In this document: positions 36,758-49,017 of the stretch, in pieces
Position numbering within the stretch: position 1 is the first letter of the stretch
How the letters are laid out: every line of letters begins with the position of its first letter
Assembly (NCBI GenBank): GCA_964187785.1
Contig: OZ076409.1
Span: 58,902,001-58,966,000, forward strand
Length of the DNA stretch: 64,000 nt
Source: Amphiscolops sp. MND2022
Lineage: Eukaryota
Reading direction: 5' to 3'
Notes under the pieces: generated by a model
Databases searched by the model: none
What the model was told of the DNA's origin: nothing
What the model saw: the letters and a program-made list of their open reading frames with translations, nothing else
Program-made: the position numbers and the translations under genes

Positions 36758-38365
36758 AACTAAAACTTTCAAACATTTAGTATTATTTTGAATATGTAAA
36801 GTTGATTGATGAATTGTTTTATTATTTAAAATACATTTGACAGCAAGCTATACTGACAGGCAGAAAGGAAACGTGTTCAAATGTTTGCCTGTCCAGTATA
36901 GCTAGCTAAGCCGTCCATGGTCAATTGGCCAATCAGAGTGCAGTTTATAACAGCCATCTTATTACTCATTACGTAACTGCGCTAGTAGCTATTTAGAATG
37001 GACCAATACGGCCAATTAACTTTGCCGGCCTTAATGTACTTTGATGCTATACTTGAATGATATTCAGTAACTACAAATAGGACGAAAGCGGCTATGCGAC
37101 ATAGCCGTCCCTATTCACTGTATTAATTGTCTAGGTGCTATACAGTAAATAAGGCCTATCACGGCCGGTTGACACGATGAACACTCAAGTGCTGTTTACT
37201 GACCACATGAGATTGGTGTCACAATTGATTAGTGATGAAAAGACACAAGTAGCCCTCCCCCATCCAATAACAAAACGCATATATTGTTGACATGTAGTGG
37301 TGTTTTTCGTATTATACTGGGATCAAATTAGAAAGCCCCAACGGTTACAGGCCGTATAGGGCTTACATGTATGTGCTCAAGCGTAATGTTGTTTTGTGAA
37401 ACTGAAAGGGAACTGGAAGTCCCCTTACAGTTACTTACCATATGTATTTTACATGAATTATGTTTACATGTAAAAGTGTTGATATATATAACGTTACACA
37501 TGAGTGTTATTACCTACTCGTCATATGGCCTAAACAGGCGCTTTGATCTAACCGCTCACATAGGCCTACGATGATGTCATGTTACTATTTATAGTGCTGA
37601 CGTATCTATTGTTAGTTCGCGTGCTGTTTTTAGTATCATGACCATGATAATTTTGCCTGTCATGTCCTCTGGGGTATATATACCCTAGTCGGCCTGACAA
37701 AGGTTAATCATAGTTTTGCAGTTATCTGATACATCACGCTCATTTTGGTTAACCTGAAAATAGAAACACTTGTCCACAGGAACAATTCAAATATTTTCTC
37801 CTGGAATAACATTTTCAATGCCTTCTACTATGAGACAAAAAGCAAAGGCTAGAAAGTCAAGAGAGCTAGATATGTTGTCCGATTATGGAAACATGGACAT
37901 AATGCTAGGCGATGGAAATTCCAACTCTATAGAAAGAGAGTTGAACAGCCTCATTAACGCCCCAGATAGGCAGCAAGACTTTCAATCTTTTTCAAAACTC
38001 ATCTCAGGAAAATGAGATTAGAGACATTGATAATAGAAATGAACCTATTGGGGAAAATAGACTATTAGAGTCAATCAATATTTTGTCAGGAGAAATGAAT
38101 GCTAGAATGTCAAGGGAAATGGAGAGTATGATGGACTTCATGCAAACTCAGATTAGTAGGGCGATAAACTCTGCCATTAGTGAAAGGATAATACCTGAGA
38201 TACAAAACATGATGGGAAGTTCAACTTTGGTTCAACAAGGCATTGGGCCCAGTTCGTCTCTAAATGAGGATGAGATCGGAAATATGTGGAAAAATACAAA
38301 ACTTACAAAGAAGGACTCTAGGTCCGCTTGTGATTTGAGAGATCATACGGACACTATTCCTTACA
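36672..38365 (+). repeat. 3' LTR of element A (1694 bp)
   Basis: Direct repeat of 22053-23753; ends TTACA, followed by the TSD GATAC. Confidence 0.97.
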
Positions 38366-38370
38366 GATAC

Positions 38371-39054
38371 CTTCAACTCTCTGAGGCTGACTCAATTTAT
38401 CCGAACTATATTAGCGTTCAAACCTCATTCAGTACAAGTTTCCCGATTAGAATTCAAACGTTTCCAAATCGGCTTCGAATGCCTACTACAAGGAAGCAGA
38501 AAAGCAAGGCGAGAAAATCTGAAGAAGCAGAAATGCTGTCCGACTTAGAGAATATTGACATAAGGCTTGGTAGGAACCACATTCAAAGACAGGATAATGA
38601 ATTCGGAAATTTGGCCAGACGGCCTGAAAGTCCTACTTATGATGTTTTAGTATATCATAATAACAATTCTCACTCTAACTCAGGTGAGAATGAAATCAGG
38701 AGACTTACCGGAAATGGTCATAATTCAGGAGAAATTGATTCTAGTGGTGAGATCAATAGACTGTCAGGAGAACTAAACCGAAGAATCACTCAAAGATGAA
38801 TGGACTAATCAACAGTGTTAGTTTGCAAATTCAGAAGGCTATAAGTGAGGCCTTTAATGAGCAAGTGTTGCCACCAATTCAAGCCTCTCTTAGGTCTGGT
38901 TCCGGAAAAATGCCCCAAAAGGGATGGAACGTTGGGATCGAGAGACCGGAATATAGAACCGGAGGATTTTTCAACCGCAAGGTCAGAAGTAGTTCACGGG
39001 ATGAGTTTCCCCGAAATCCAGTTTTTGATGACGACGAGGAGGAATCTCATTACA
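38371..39054 (+). mobile_element. Solo LTR, 3' part (carries a gag N-terminus homologue from ATG 38479)
   Basis: MPTTRKQKSKARKSEEAEMLSD; ends TTACA followed by CCATG (39055-39059), which matches 21148-21152. Confidence 0.85.
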
Positions 39055-39147
39055 CCATGTTAATTCTATGCATGGGCAGCCCAACCTGGCTTTTTCTACA
39101 TTTAATCCCTGAACACCTAAAAGTGGGGAAAACCTTAGCAAATGTAT

Positions 39148-39693
39148 AACAAGACGGGAACGTCCCAAGTCGGCGCCATATCTTAGGCTCAAAAATATTC
39201 AAGGAACAACTATTGGAAACATTTGGAAAAATTATTTTTTTCAAAAAAAATTTGAAATTTTTTTTTCGAAAAAAAGTATTTTTTTAGAAAGTCGCACAAT
39301 GCCGAAAAACTCAAAAAGAGGCCATTCAGGCTCATTAAACGTTTTTACAAACCGAAAACTTCAAAAAAAAATGCAATTGATAGATTCCGAAAATTTTCGA
39401 AAAAAAAGTCGCATAGTGCCGAAAAAAACGAAAAAAATCAAACGAAACGAAACAAAGCTTTGGTCTCGCATCTACTTTTGGAAGCATAAAAAATTTGTGG
39501 TTTAGTGCGAGAATCGAACCCACGATCCCCTGCTTCTCAGAAAATTAGTTGAACAAATGTGAACAAATGTGAACAAAGATTGTAAGAAAAGTGGACCACT
39601 CAGAGTGAGATTGTCAACTGAAAAAAACAAAAAAAAACTACTCACTGTAAGAGTCGGGCTTTTTTCCTTAAGGGAAAAGGCGCCGACTAAAAA
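39148..39693 (-). mobile_element. HINE/DINE-1-like element, copy 2
   Basis: AACAAGACGGGAACGTC...AGTCGGCGC at the left end; AGTCGG...GCGCCGACTAAAAA at the right end. Confidence 0.75.
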
Positions 39694-40922
39694 TATAACA
39701 GTAATACATACAATCCGTGTCAAACATTCTCTTGTAAACCAGTGGAATGTTTGGTTTTTACCGTAGCTCCACAAGCAAACTAAAATTCAATTTCAGGGTT
39801 TAATTGCGCTTTATATGAGCTTTTCACTTTAGGAACTTTTTTGAGTGTTTTTCTACTTTGTGTCAAATTTTTATTTTTATGGTCTTGCAAACTTTTTTCG
39901 AGAAACTGCAATTCCATGTATGAACCATGCGTGGACCATGCCTGATCATGCAAGCATGGAGTTCACATGAAAAAAACGCTGAATTCCTCAATTAAAAAAG
40001 ACATCAATTAGTTTCCTTCAAAAAGGTAATGTAATTGTTAATAAACAAATTCATCCATCAATTAAAGTCAATTATAAAATTGATTAAAGCGGTAATCTCC
40101 ATTATTATGCATGGAATTAGAGAGGACATCAACACGGGAAATAATTCCGGCAAAAAATAAGAAAGCGATTCCAGAGATTAAATTAGTTTTGCATATGCTG
40201 GTAAAATCTCGCGGGATGAAGTATCCCAGCATCATTAAAATTACTAAAATTTGATAGAAAAGTTTTCTCATTATGAAAACGACCATTCTCATATCACAGA
40301 CTAATTCACTCACGGTGTTTCTTACATTGGTAAAATTACCATCATTGGTAAAAAAGTAAAATTATACGTTTGGATGCCATGAGGTTAATTCTAACTGAAC
40401 TCGGTTAATTCATGAACGATTCTGTCTGAAATCACACTGCTTGAGAGTTGAAACGATAAGGTTTGTCAATAGGTTTCTTATCAGTTTGTAATGAGTTTCT
40501 CGAAGACTTCGCGCTGCAATGAATAAAGGTAGAGGTTTCAGCAAGGTAGACCGATATTTTCCTGTCCGCGGCCCTCGAATGTTTCGGTTTCTCGACCCTA
40601 TGGCTTTGATGAACTCAAGAATATGCAGGCTTTGGAAAAATCAGCTGGAAAAGACTTGCTGATGTCGCTGCCAGTATGTTTTTTAAGCGCTTGGTTTAAG
40701 TTTTCTCGTTTAAAAAGTTGATGAACCAATATCAGAAAACAATTCAAAACTGATAATGGCATTCTTTTGAAATATGTAAAACGAAAATGTGAAACACAAA
40801 AAAAACATTGAACTGGATTTGACCAAGTTTTCTGAGTTTTTCGATACACCTAAAAACGAGTGTTAAAATTATTTTAGCTTATATGAATGAGTTCTAAACA
40901 AGCGCCTCACTTTCTGGAAAAA

Positions 40923-41315
40923 TTACAGCCCTAGCAAACATTTCGAATAAATGGAGACTTTGGGTGGTCTCCCACAACTAACGGAGGGTGTCACGTGTCC
41001 GTCTTTCTTGAATTTTGATTTAATATCACCCACTGTTGATCTGGGAATGCCCGTAATTCTCGAAAATTTCACCTGCGAATAATTTTGGTTGTGCAACCGG
41101 ACAACCATTTCCCGGGCAAAAATGGGCTTACCCATAATTTTACCAACTCTAACAAGAACTTTTTGTCAAATGTATGCTAAACAAGAAGATATTCTACGCG
41201 AGTCAATGTTTTATGTCAATAAATGGTGAACGCAATTACCAAAAGTCAACAAAAACCGGCCCAAAACAAAACGCGCATGAAAAATTAAGCTGCCGAATCA
41301 TTTTGACCATGACTG
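40923..41315 (-). mobile_element. Tc1/mariner 5' fragment
   Basis: TA|CAGTCATGGTCAAAA terminus at 41315; ORF 41135-40923 has an HTH-like SQ...RITGIPRSTVGDI and a GRPPK motif. Confidence 0.8.
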
Positions 41316-41792
41316 TATTTTGAGCTTCTGTTTTTGAGAGATGAAGCAGAAGTCGTCAAGTTCACGAGTAAATTTTTGCTCGCCTTTTTTGAACCGCATA
41401 TTTTCTTTTCAACCCGTTTGTGGTACTTTGGTCGCATTCCGCTTGTCTGATAGAATGCTCCTTCAAAACGAAAACCTTCTCAGAATAGTTTAGTAATTTT
41501 TCAAGTTTCACTAATTGCAGACCTTTTATAGTTGATTGGAATGAATAATAGAATTGGGTAAAAAGGTTTTAGAATTTTTTTGCTCAGAAAGGATTGAAAA
41601 ACGCTTTCATGTAAAGTGTTTTGAATAATTTCAATCAAAAATCCTGACATTTTGGAAAAAAATTGTTCAAGAACGTTTTAGTCTTTCAGGGCTAAATTCA
41701 TGCTAATTATGTCTTTTTGTTGGAAAGCGCTAATATGAAAGAAATATTTAAAGAAACCCTTGGCGGATAGTTTTCAGGCCCAACTGCGAAAG

Positions 41793-42905
41793 TGTAAGGC
41801 CTACTATCTCTAGTGACTCTTAGATCACAAGCAGACCGTGAGACCTTCTTTGTAGTTTTAGTTTTGAACCCATTGTGCCTCTCAGTATTCTCCTGACTAT
41901 TGAGGGACGAACCGGCTTCAGTGTCCCGATTTCCTGAGGATGACCTTGAGCTGACTATATTTTGAATCTCTGGGATTACTCTATCAGCTATTGCAGTGCT
42001 AATCGCCCTTTTTAGTTGGATGTGCATCATGGACATTATTGAGTCCATCTCCTGAGAGAGTCTCATATTAAACTCACTATTAAAAGTTTCCATGGTCTCC
42101 TGAAATCTATCTTGCCCGGGAATTATGTTTTCGCGGACATAGTGTTCAGAACCATTTTCATGGAAATCCTTCTCCCTAGGACGTGAGTTAGATTCATTGT
42201 CACAATGACCTTCTGAATTTCCAATTACATTTGAAAAATCACGCTCAAATGTGTTGATATTGTCATTTCCAAGAATAACGTCCTTATTTTCAAAATCGGA
42301 CATCATGTCCATTTCCCTTGACTTTCTAGCTCTCGCTTTCTGGCGTAAGAGACTGTTGCAAAAGGTAAGAATTTAGTTATTCTGTAGGCTTGCAAATCAG
42401 GATTTTCGTTAACAAGTAACATTTATTATGGTTAACAAACAATTTTCCGTAAGTAGTAACAAAATAAGATTGTCTCCGGGACTACGTGTCCCAGCTATAT
42501 ATGTATATGATTCTGCATGACTAGAGGAGCAGGTCATGATGCTTTGTTTAACTCTTAGTTATTCTAAAAATAGATATTAGGACTGCGTGTCCTTGCTCTA
42601 GTCCGGTGACGCAATTCTAATTAGAGAAACTGCACTACGTAATATTCTATTTTTAGCAACAGGGCAGCAGCAAATTACCGCGTAGCTTTGAAGGTCTTTC
42701 GGCTTGAGTATGCGACATCATCAGTTAATATACAACTAGCTTTATTAATATTTCACTGCATGAAATACATGTGGAGAGAAATAACAATTTGCCATTGAGG
42801 CTATATTATAAATAATTCAAAGCAACGTGTCAATTCCTTAAAGGACATAAATTTTTCATGGTCTGAGTAACTTGAGGGGGAAAGGGACTATGGGGGCCTG
42901 CGACA
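41793..42905 (-). repeat. 3' LTR of element B (internal deletion near its 5' end)
   Basis: Direct repeat of ~53390-54377. Confidence 0.9.
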
Positions 42906-43631
42906 ATACCCCTGGTATAAGTAGAAACGTCCCCACCGACATCCCGTCTAGGAAAGGTCAGGAAATCTCTAGCTCAGTCAGTGTTTCTCCAAGGACTGTT
43001 GTCTTACTCAAGTAGTTGTTTACAGCGTCTGACTGGATTTGTGACACTGATTTTCGGCAAACCACACAGTCTGAGTAGTTCACAAACATTGAGTCCTATG
43101 ACACAGCAATATCTCTGAGGTGATTGGAGCTGGAACCCACTGTGACTGTCTCGTCGGAATTTGAACAGCTAGGCGCGTTCGCCCTGTAATCTGGGCCTCT
43201 GTCAGCAGCGGGAGGAGACAATGGGGTGTCCAGTTGAGGCACTAGATTACGGCAAACGCTAATGGGGTGATTGTTCCTCACCCTGTCGTCGCCAGCTAAC
43301 GGGCCGTTTCCATTTCCAAGGTTGAAATACCTTTGGCGAAATGTGGGGAACGGCGGTCGGCTTGGCCTCGGTGTCGGGCACCTCTTTTGCGAGTCAGTGG
43401 ACCCAGCGGCTGGTATCGGTATAAAGTCGGCCAACTGCTTTCCACGCATCTCCCGATTAGTTGTATTTCCTCCGTTTCTTCGTCCGATGAAGAGACCAGA
43501 GCGTCCACTGAGCCAGAACTGATGCAGTCAATGTGGTCAGGTTCGTCGCTGGACAGATATTTAATGGCCGGTTTCCTTTGGGACTGGGCCGCACCAATAA
43601 AATCCATGGAGAAAGTTTCTTGCAAAGCCAT
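42900..43631 (-). pseudogene. ORF3 of element B
   Basis: MALQETFSMDFIGAA, YLSSDE, LGNGNGPLAGDDRVRNNHPI, SDCVVCRKS..IQSDAV..YL, GMSVGTFLLIPG; frameshifted. Confidence 0.8.
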
Positions 43632-44834
43632 GGTGTATCTCTTTTTGAATATCTTTCTCGCAATTTTGAAGGGAAGTTCGAATATTTCCAAGTTTTTTGA
43701 GTTTATAAGAAGCAGCTGATTAGCATAGTTGAAATCAGAAGAATGGTGATTTCTTTCTCTGTCGACCCGCGGGATTTTTATCCTACTTCGGATTTCCTTT
43801 CCCGGGTTTTCTGCTTCGTTTTCTGAATGATTTATCAAAACCAAATTTTTCCCCGGCAACATTCTATCAACTAGCCGTTTAGGCCACTTTGAATTTACCG
43901 ACAGCGGCATTGTTGACTCTCATAACTTCTACTAACACTCTTAGTTCTGGAGCATTGCGATAATTGTTTATTAACACTCACTTTCCACTTGAGAGTTTCA
44001 AGTGGATGTAGATATGGCTGAAGGTAGCCAATGAATTTGTAGGGAAATATCTTTATTCAGAAAATGGCGATCCAAGGCCGTAAATCCATATAAGGAATTA
44101 AATAAAATGGCCTTGGAAAATAAAATAAAATAATAATGGTGAAATGCTAAAATAATAGTGGTTTAATAGAATGGTTGCATAAAGTAACCAAGTTTTCGAA
44201 ATAAGTAAAATACTGTAGAAAACACTGGCAGACTCTATCCACATATCATTGTAAACCCCAAAACATTGTAACTTTGACATCAAACTGTATAGGCACGTAT
44301 ATTGTCACCTTGCTGATTCACCTTTCAATTCCTTCACATTTAATTCTTTCCAGTTTGTTCCTTTCTTCGTATTATCCATTATTTAACCGTCATTTGTATT
44401 TAGTCTTTAGTCTTTGAGTTACTCTTTGTAATTTATTTGTATTTATTCGAAGTCTTTATTTTTATAATCTTCCTTCGGACTCCCTGTCCAGTCGTCACAA
44501 CACCTGGATATCCTGGACCCTCCAGGATTGTTGACATCCCGGTCTCACTCATTCTCAACCCTTTGAATTGGGCTGTTACCAGATTGTTCAGCAGTATTGC
44601 CCCGCTTTGTAGTTCTAAGCAGACACCAACATTGTCTTTCGAGTAAGTTGTTTCCCTTTTAAGTTGAACTGAACTAGTCTTTATCAGGGCTCTATTCATG
44701 TTCGTGCACTTCCTGTCCAATAGCACAAGTTTTCACAAGTGTTCAATTTTATCTATTTCCGGAAGATTTTCAAATGCGGTAAATGGATTCTAATTCAGGA
44801 AGGTTTCCGCTTGAATTTTCGTCTTTCTATTTAG

Positions 44835-47800
44835 ACAAGTCGTCTGAATACCGAGCATCAGAGGAAACAACTGGACACGCTGATGATGTCTTTGAAGAGG
44901 AGACAAAGGAGGCTCAACAGCATACATAATGATCCAGAGAAGGCCGCTGAGCCAGAAGTTTTGTCCACCACTCAGCAAGAGGCCATACCAACCCCAAGTC
45001 CTTCCACTGATGGGAGCATATCGGGTTATATAGGGAAAACTCTCAAAGTTTTGGCTGATCCAGAAGTTGATCCCAAAGTGTCATTCTTGCCTCCTACCCC
45101 CACTGCGCTAGAAGCGAAACAGGAAGAGAGAACTCTAAAGGAATCGTAGTCCGTTAGATTGCCTCGCAGTTCAGAGGGTCCTCAAAGTGACTTTGAAGAA
45201 GCAGCACCATAGAACATGCAAGTTGAACTACTCAGCGAATCCGGACACTCTGTCCAAAAGGTGGACTTTTTCCAAACTGACACTTGTGAAGTGGAAAAGC
45301 TGTTTGACAGTTCTGGCGCCGAGGTGTTTAATGACAGGCAAACCCTCATTCCACTTGACCTAGGGACCACCACAACTTCGGAAATTACTTGCAATGATGA
45401 TCCCAGATCCTCAGGAGGCGTACCTCCAGTTACTTTACCCAAAGCTTTAAATTCCGATCGACCACTATCTGCCCCTGGACGTACACTCCTCAAGGAGTTT
45501 TCCACTGAAACGTCGCCAACCATCCTTCCCATCGGTTATTCCACAGTCGCCTTCAATGAGCGGCAGATCCACACTGTCGTACAAGTCATCTCTGACGAGT
45601 TAGTTACTACCTCTATGCACGTAATGAAGACCATGTTAGATGAAGCCATGAGAGTTGGAGCGCGCTCCTAACAGAACAAACTATGGCAAGGCCGAAAGAA
45701 AGTTCAATGCTTTCACGGTCAATCCGATAGTTCTGTAGGCAATGGAGATCAAAGTGAAGCACCGCAGGAGGCTACACAAGTGAAGCACTTAGTCCAATGA
45801 CGATTTTGTATCTTTGGAGCCAGGGAGAACCACAAGGCCAAAATTTGGAGACCCTTGCGGTTGTAGAATCCCTAGCACTTCCGCCGGAACACAACCAGGC
45901 AGCCTTCTGTTGCAGTTGTCCCGAGTCCCGGATATAGTGTGGGTGATTATGAACAACTTGCCATCCTCCGGTCACCAGCTACTCCACAATCGCCGATCCC
46001 CAGTCCACCTTGACGACTCCCAGGACGTGCAGGCAAAGTCATGAAGGAGGCTTATTTCAAAGGCATTTAAAGGACGGGGACCTTTATATCTGGCCCTTTG
46101 GACCCGGAGCACAACAAACACAAGTTTTATTGTCAAATTTACAAGACGAATGTTTCCATGTACATTGCTCGACAAAATGTCAGGCACTTCCAAGCTGAGT
46201 CTCATTTCCGCAAGGATCAACGCTGGAGGTATGAACACCTCAAGAAAAAAGACAAGGCGACTGATCTGGTCACAAATGAAGTCAGAGGAAAGAACGGGCA
46301 GATATTAACACCGTTAGAACTTGAGAGAGAGAAACTTTACTTTGAATCGGCTCCTTTAGTCGAGACTGGCTGTGATTATCCGTTTTTTGACGACTACATG
46401 GCAGGACCAGGAACCTTCGTCAATTCTAATGAAGCTCGACTATGTGTCCGAATTTCGCAGGTGGGACATTTCACTACCAGTTGTGGAGATTGAAACCTGT
46501 TGCAGACCTTGTGGTCTCAGATCGGAATATTCACCAATCATCAAACTTTATTTCCCCGTTCGATTGGGGAGGAGCCACGCTAATGGTAAGTAACTTTGTA
46601 CTACCTAACTTGGTGCCTTCGGTGTCTCCTAAACAAGTGTGTAGTCTCCATTTTCTCTGTTTCGTTTCCGACTGTTATCTTTCATCCTATATTCCTTTGC
46701 GGCCTAGCAGACATTGCCGATCAAGTCAGCACCACCGCATGCTATTCTTTGGAGATTGAAACGAAGGGAAGTTACAGTAATCTCTCTGTCCGATTCTGGA
46801 AAGCAGACTTAGTGTGCGTTATGAAGCTCCTCCGTTACGGGACTTCTGACCCCACAATGGGTGCATTGGTCGCCATTTCCCGGTTGTTGTCCGTGCTGCC
46901 CAGATCGTGAGCTTATCGGGGTGTCCTTCTGAACTTGTGCCAGTCCTGGAACGATCATCCCTTTTCACCAAGGGTATCCAATACCCTCTCCGATTTGATG
47001 CCTTCTCGCACGACAGATTGATGCATCAGCGTTGGGGTAGCGTCTTCGGTGCAATCAACTTCCATTCTCAGTTGAAATTCCTCGTAAACTTCCTGATGGG
47101 TGTCGTGGCCAGACGTGGGCTCCGCTGATGCCAGAGTTTGTTAAGGTGAGATTTCTTAACCTTCAGTCAACCTGTCTTCTCGTACTGGCTCTCACCCTGG
47201 CTCTCTGTTGGTTCTCACAAGCCACACACTCGAGGTCGTTGCTACACCCGCAGTACGTTCCGAGCTTCTGGCCAATTGGACAAGTATTCAAGAGTACCTC
47301 ACCAAGATAGCCCCTCCTCAGATCAATCAAGGAATGAAAGGCAGGCCACAGAGTCTGGAATGGGACATAATCCACGATGAGTTCTTCGTCCGCAAGCTGG
47401 AATTCTTTGGGCGCATCGTCCGAGACTGTAAGTATGGAAATTTTTTCGAGTGAGGGTTTCCTGTCCATCATGTATATGACGTCATATAGGGATGAAGGGT
47501 TGTTTATTAACTTTAGCAGTCTTGCTATTCACACAGACACACCAACCCGGTCCATTGAGTTGTGACTTATGTTCACTGTTTAGACATCAAGAGCTTCGAG
47601 ATCAGTTTGGCCCAACGTAAAGATGCAGGCATCTACACTTACCGAGAACTGCATCAGTTCGCCCGGAAATTGAGTTCTCGCAGTCTCCTCCCCAAACATG
47701 TGCCCGAAGCAACAAGCTGGAAGTCCTAGGAGAGTTACAAGGACAGGTATTAGGGCAATTATCGAGCAGAGACATTCTGCACCGACTGAAAATGAAGCAG

Positions 47801-48728
47801 ATTTAACAGGGGCTTGTCAGACCCGCGTCTAGAAAAAAAAACAACGGGAAGAAGGGACCTCAAGTCTAATTTGGTGCAGCTGTGGAGGATGTCCGAGAGG
47901 AATTTGCATCCAAGGCCAGAGGTTACATCGTTTTTGTTAGAGGCTCTTCTCGCGGACATTAGTTTCAATGTCGACATCGTCCGGGGCATGAGTTCCTTTG
48001 ATCCTTATGTCCTCCACAATCTTCATTTAGAGCAAGCCACATTCTGTTTTTCTGCGCTCTAAGAGTCTTTCAGCCTTCGAGGCTGGTTAGTCAATTTGCC
48101 CAAAACTGAAGCCCGAGATGAAAATATCGAATTTCTGGATGATTTCAGAAAGGCACACTCCAACATGCAAAACAGTCTGGGGGTGTTTACTGACATGGTC
48201 CGGTTTTTAGTTGCAATGCCTGAATTGAGGATGCGGGAGCATTTATTCTACATCTTGCGGTTGAGTTGTCTTTGTTTGACCGGCAGCTCACCAGAACTTC
48301 CTTCAGTCAAGTTCTAAAAAGTAGATTGCGGTGATCCGCGAAGCCGACTTTTCGATGTAACATTGCCCTCACAGTCCGACCTCGTCAGTGTACCTGATGC
48401 CGTTTCCATATGCACTAGCGAAGCTTGCTTGGGAACATATAGAGACCTCGAATCTAATTTTAGTAGTGGAAACGTGACCGGAGACCCTTGGGCACATGTT
48501 GACAGTTTTGGGAAGGCCGACTTTCAAAAGGTTTTGACTTCGGTCTGCAGGACATTGGATACAAAGGGAGGCAAGGATGTTCACCCTGGCAATTGTTCAA
48601 CCCCTAGCGTTACCGGAAAGCAGAAGCAGTCCCCAGTCAAAGGCAAGAAAGTTACTTTTGGATCAAGTGCAACTCCTGGAGTCGAGAAGTCTGTCCGGTG
48701 GTCTACCCCAGGATCATCCAAACTTTAA
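44835..48728 (+). pseudogene. Antisense hAT-derived accessory gene of element B
   Basis: LPIGYSTVAFNERQIH, DPEHNKHKFYCQIYKTNVS, FDWGGATL, GDPWAHVD and GSSKL* all match element A; donors at 46586, 47146 and 47428. Confidence 0.8.
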
Positions 48729-49017
48729 ATGTACATAAGATGCATTTACATCATAACTCTGTACCATAGTTTGTCTATTTGCCTTGTTTATTATCTTCAT
48801 CTAGTGACTGTTTTATAGTTAGCCATAGTGTCCAAATGTTGTAAATTTTCATTATATAACGGTTGTGATCCAGCTGTGGCTTTTTATTAATTGCCACCCA
48901 GTCTGTTTGTCGTTATATAAATTTATATCGAAAAATTGAAGTCAGAAGAGTCCCAAGTAAAGATACATGTCCTTTGAGGACAGATAGCCAAAAAGGGACT
49001 TGCAATTAAATTTTCTG

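Larger units (their letters stand above)
22053..38365 (+). mobile_element. Element A: full-length Ty3/Gypsy LTR retrotransposon (16.3 kb) with two accessory genes
   Basis: Two TG...CA LTRs; 5-bp TSD GATAC (22048-22052, 38366-38370); PBS; PPT; gag; PR-RT-RH-IN order. Confidence 0.97.

Noticed and set aside
38083..38799. 238-aa ORF as a real gene
   Set aside because: Chance in-frame read-through from A's 3' LTR gag fragment across the TSD into the solo LTR's gag fragment.
39495..39545. tRNA gene
   Set aside because: Only a T-arm/B-box-like piece; no full cloverleaf; lies inside a HINE-like element.
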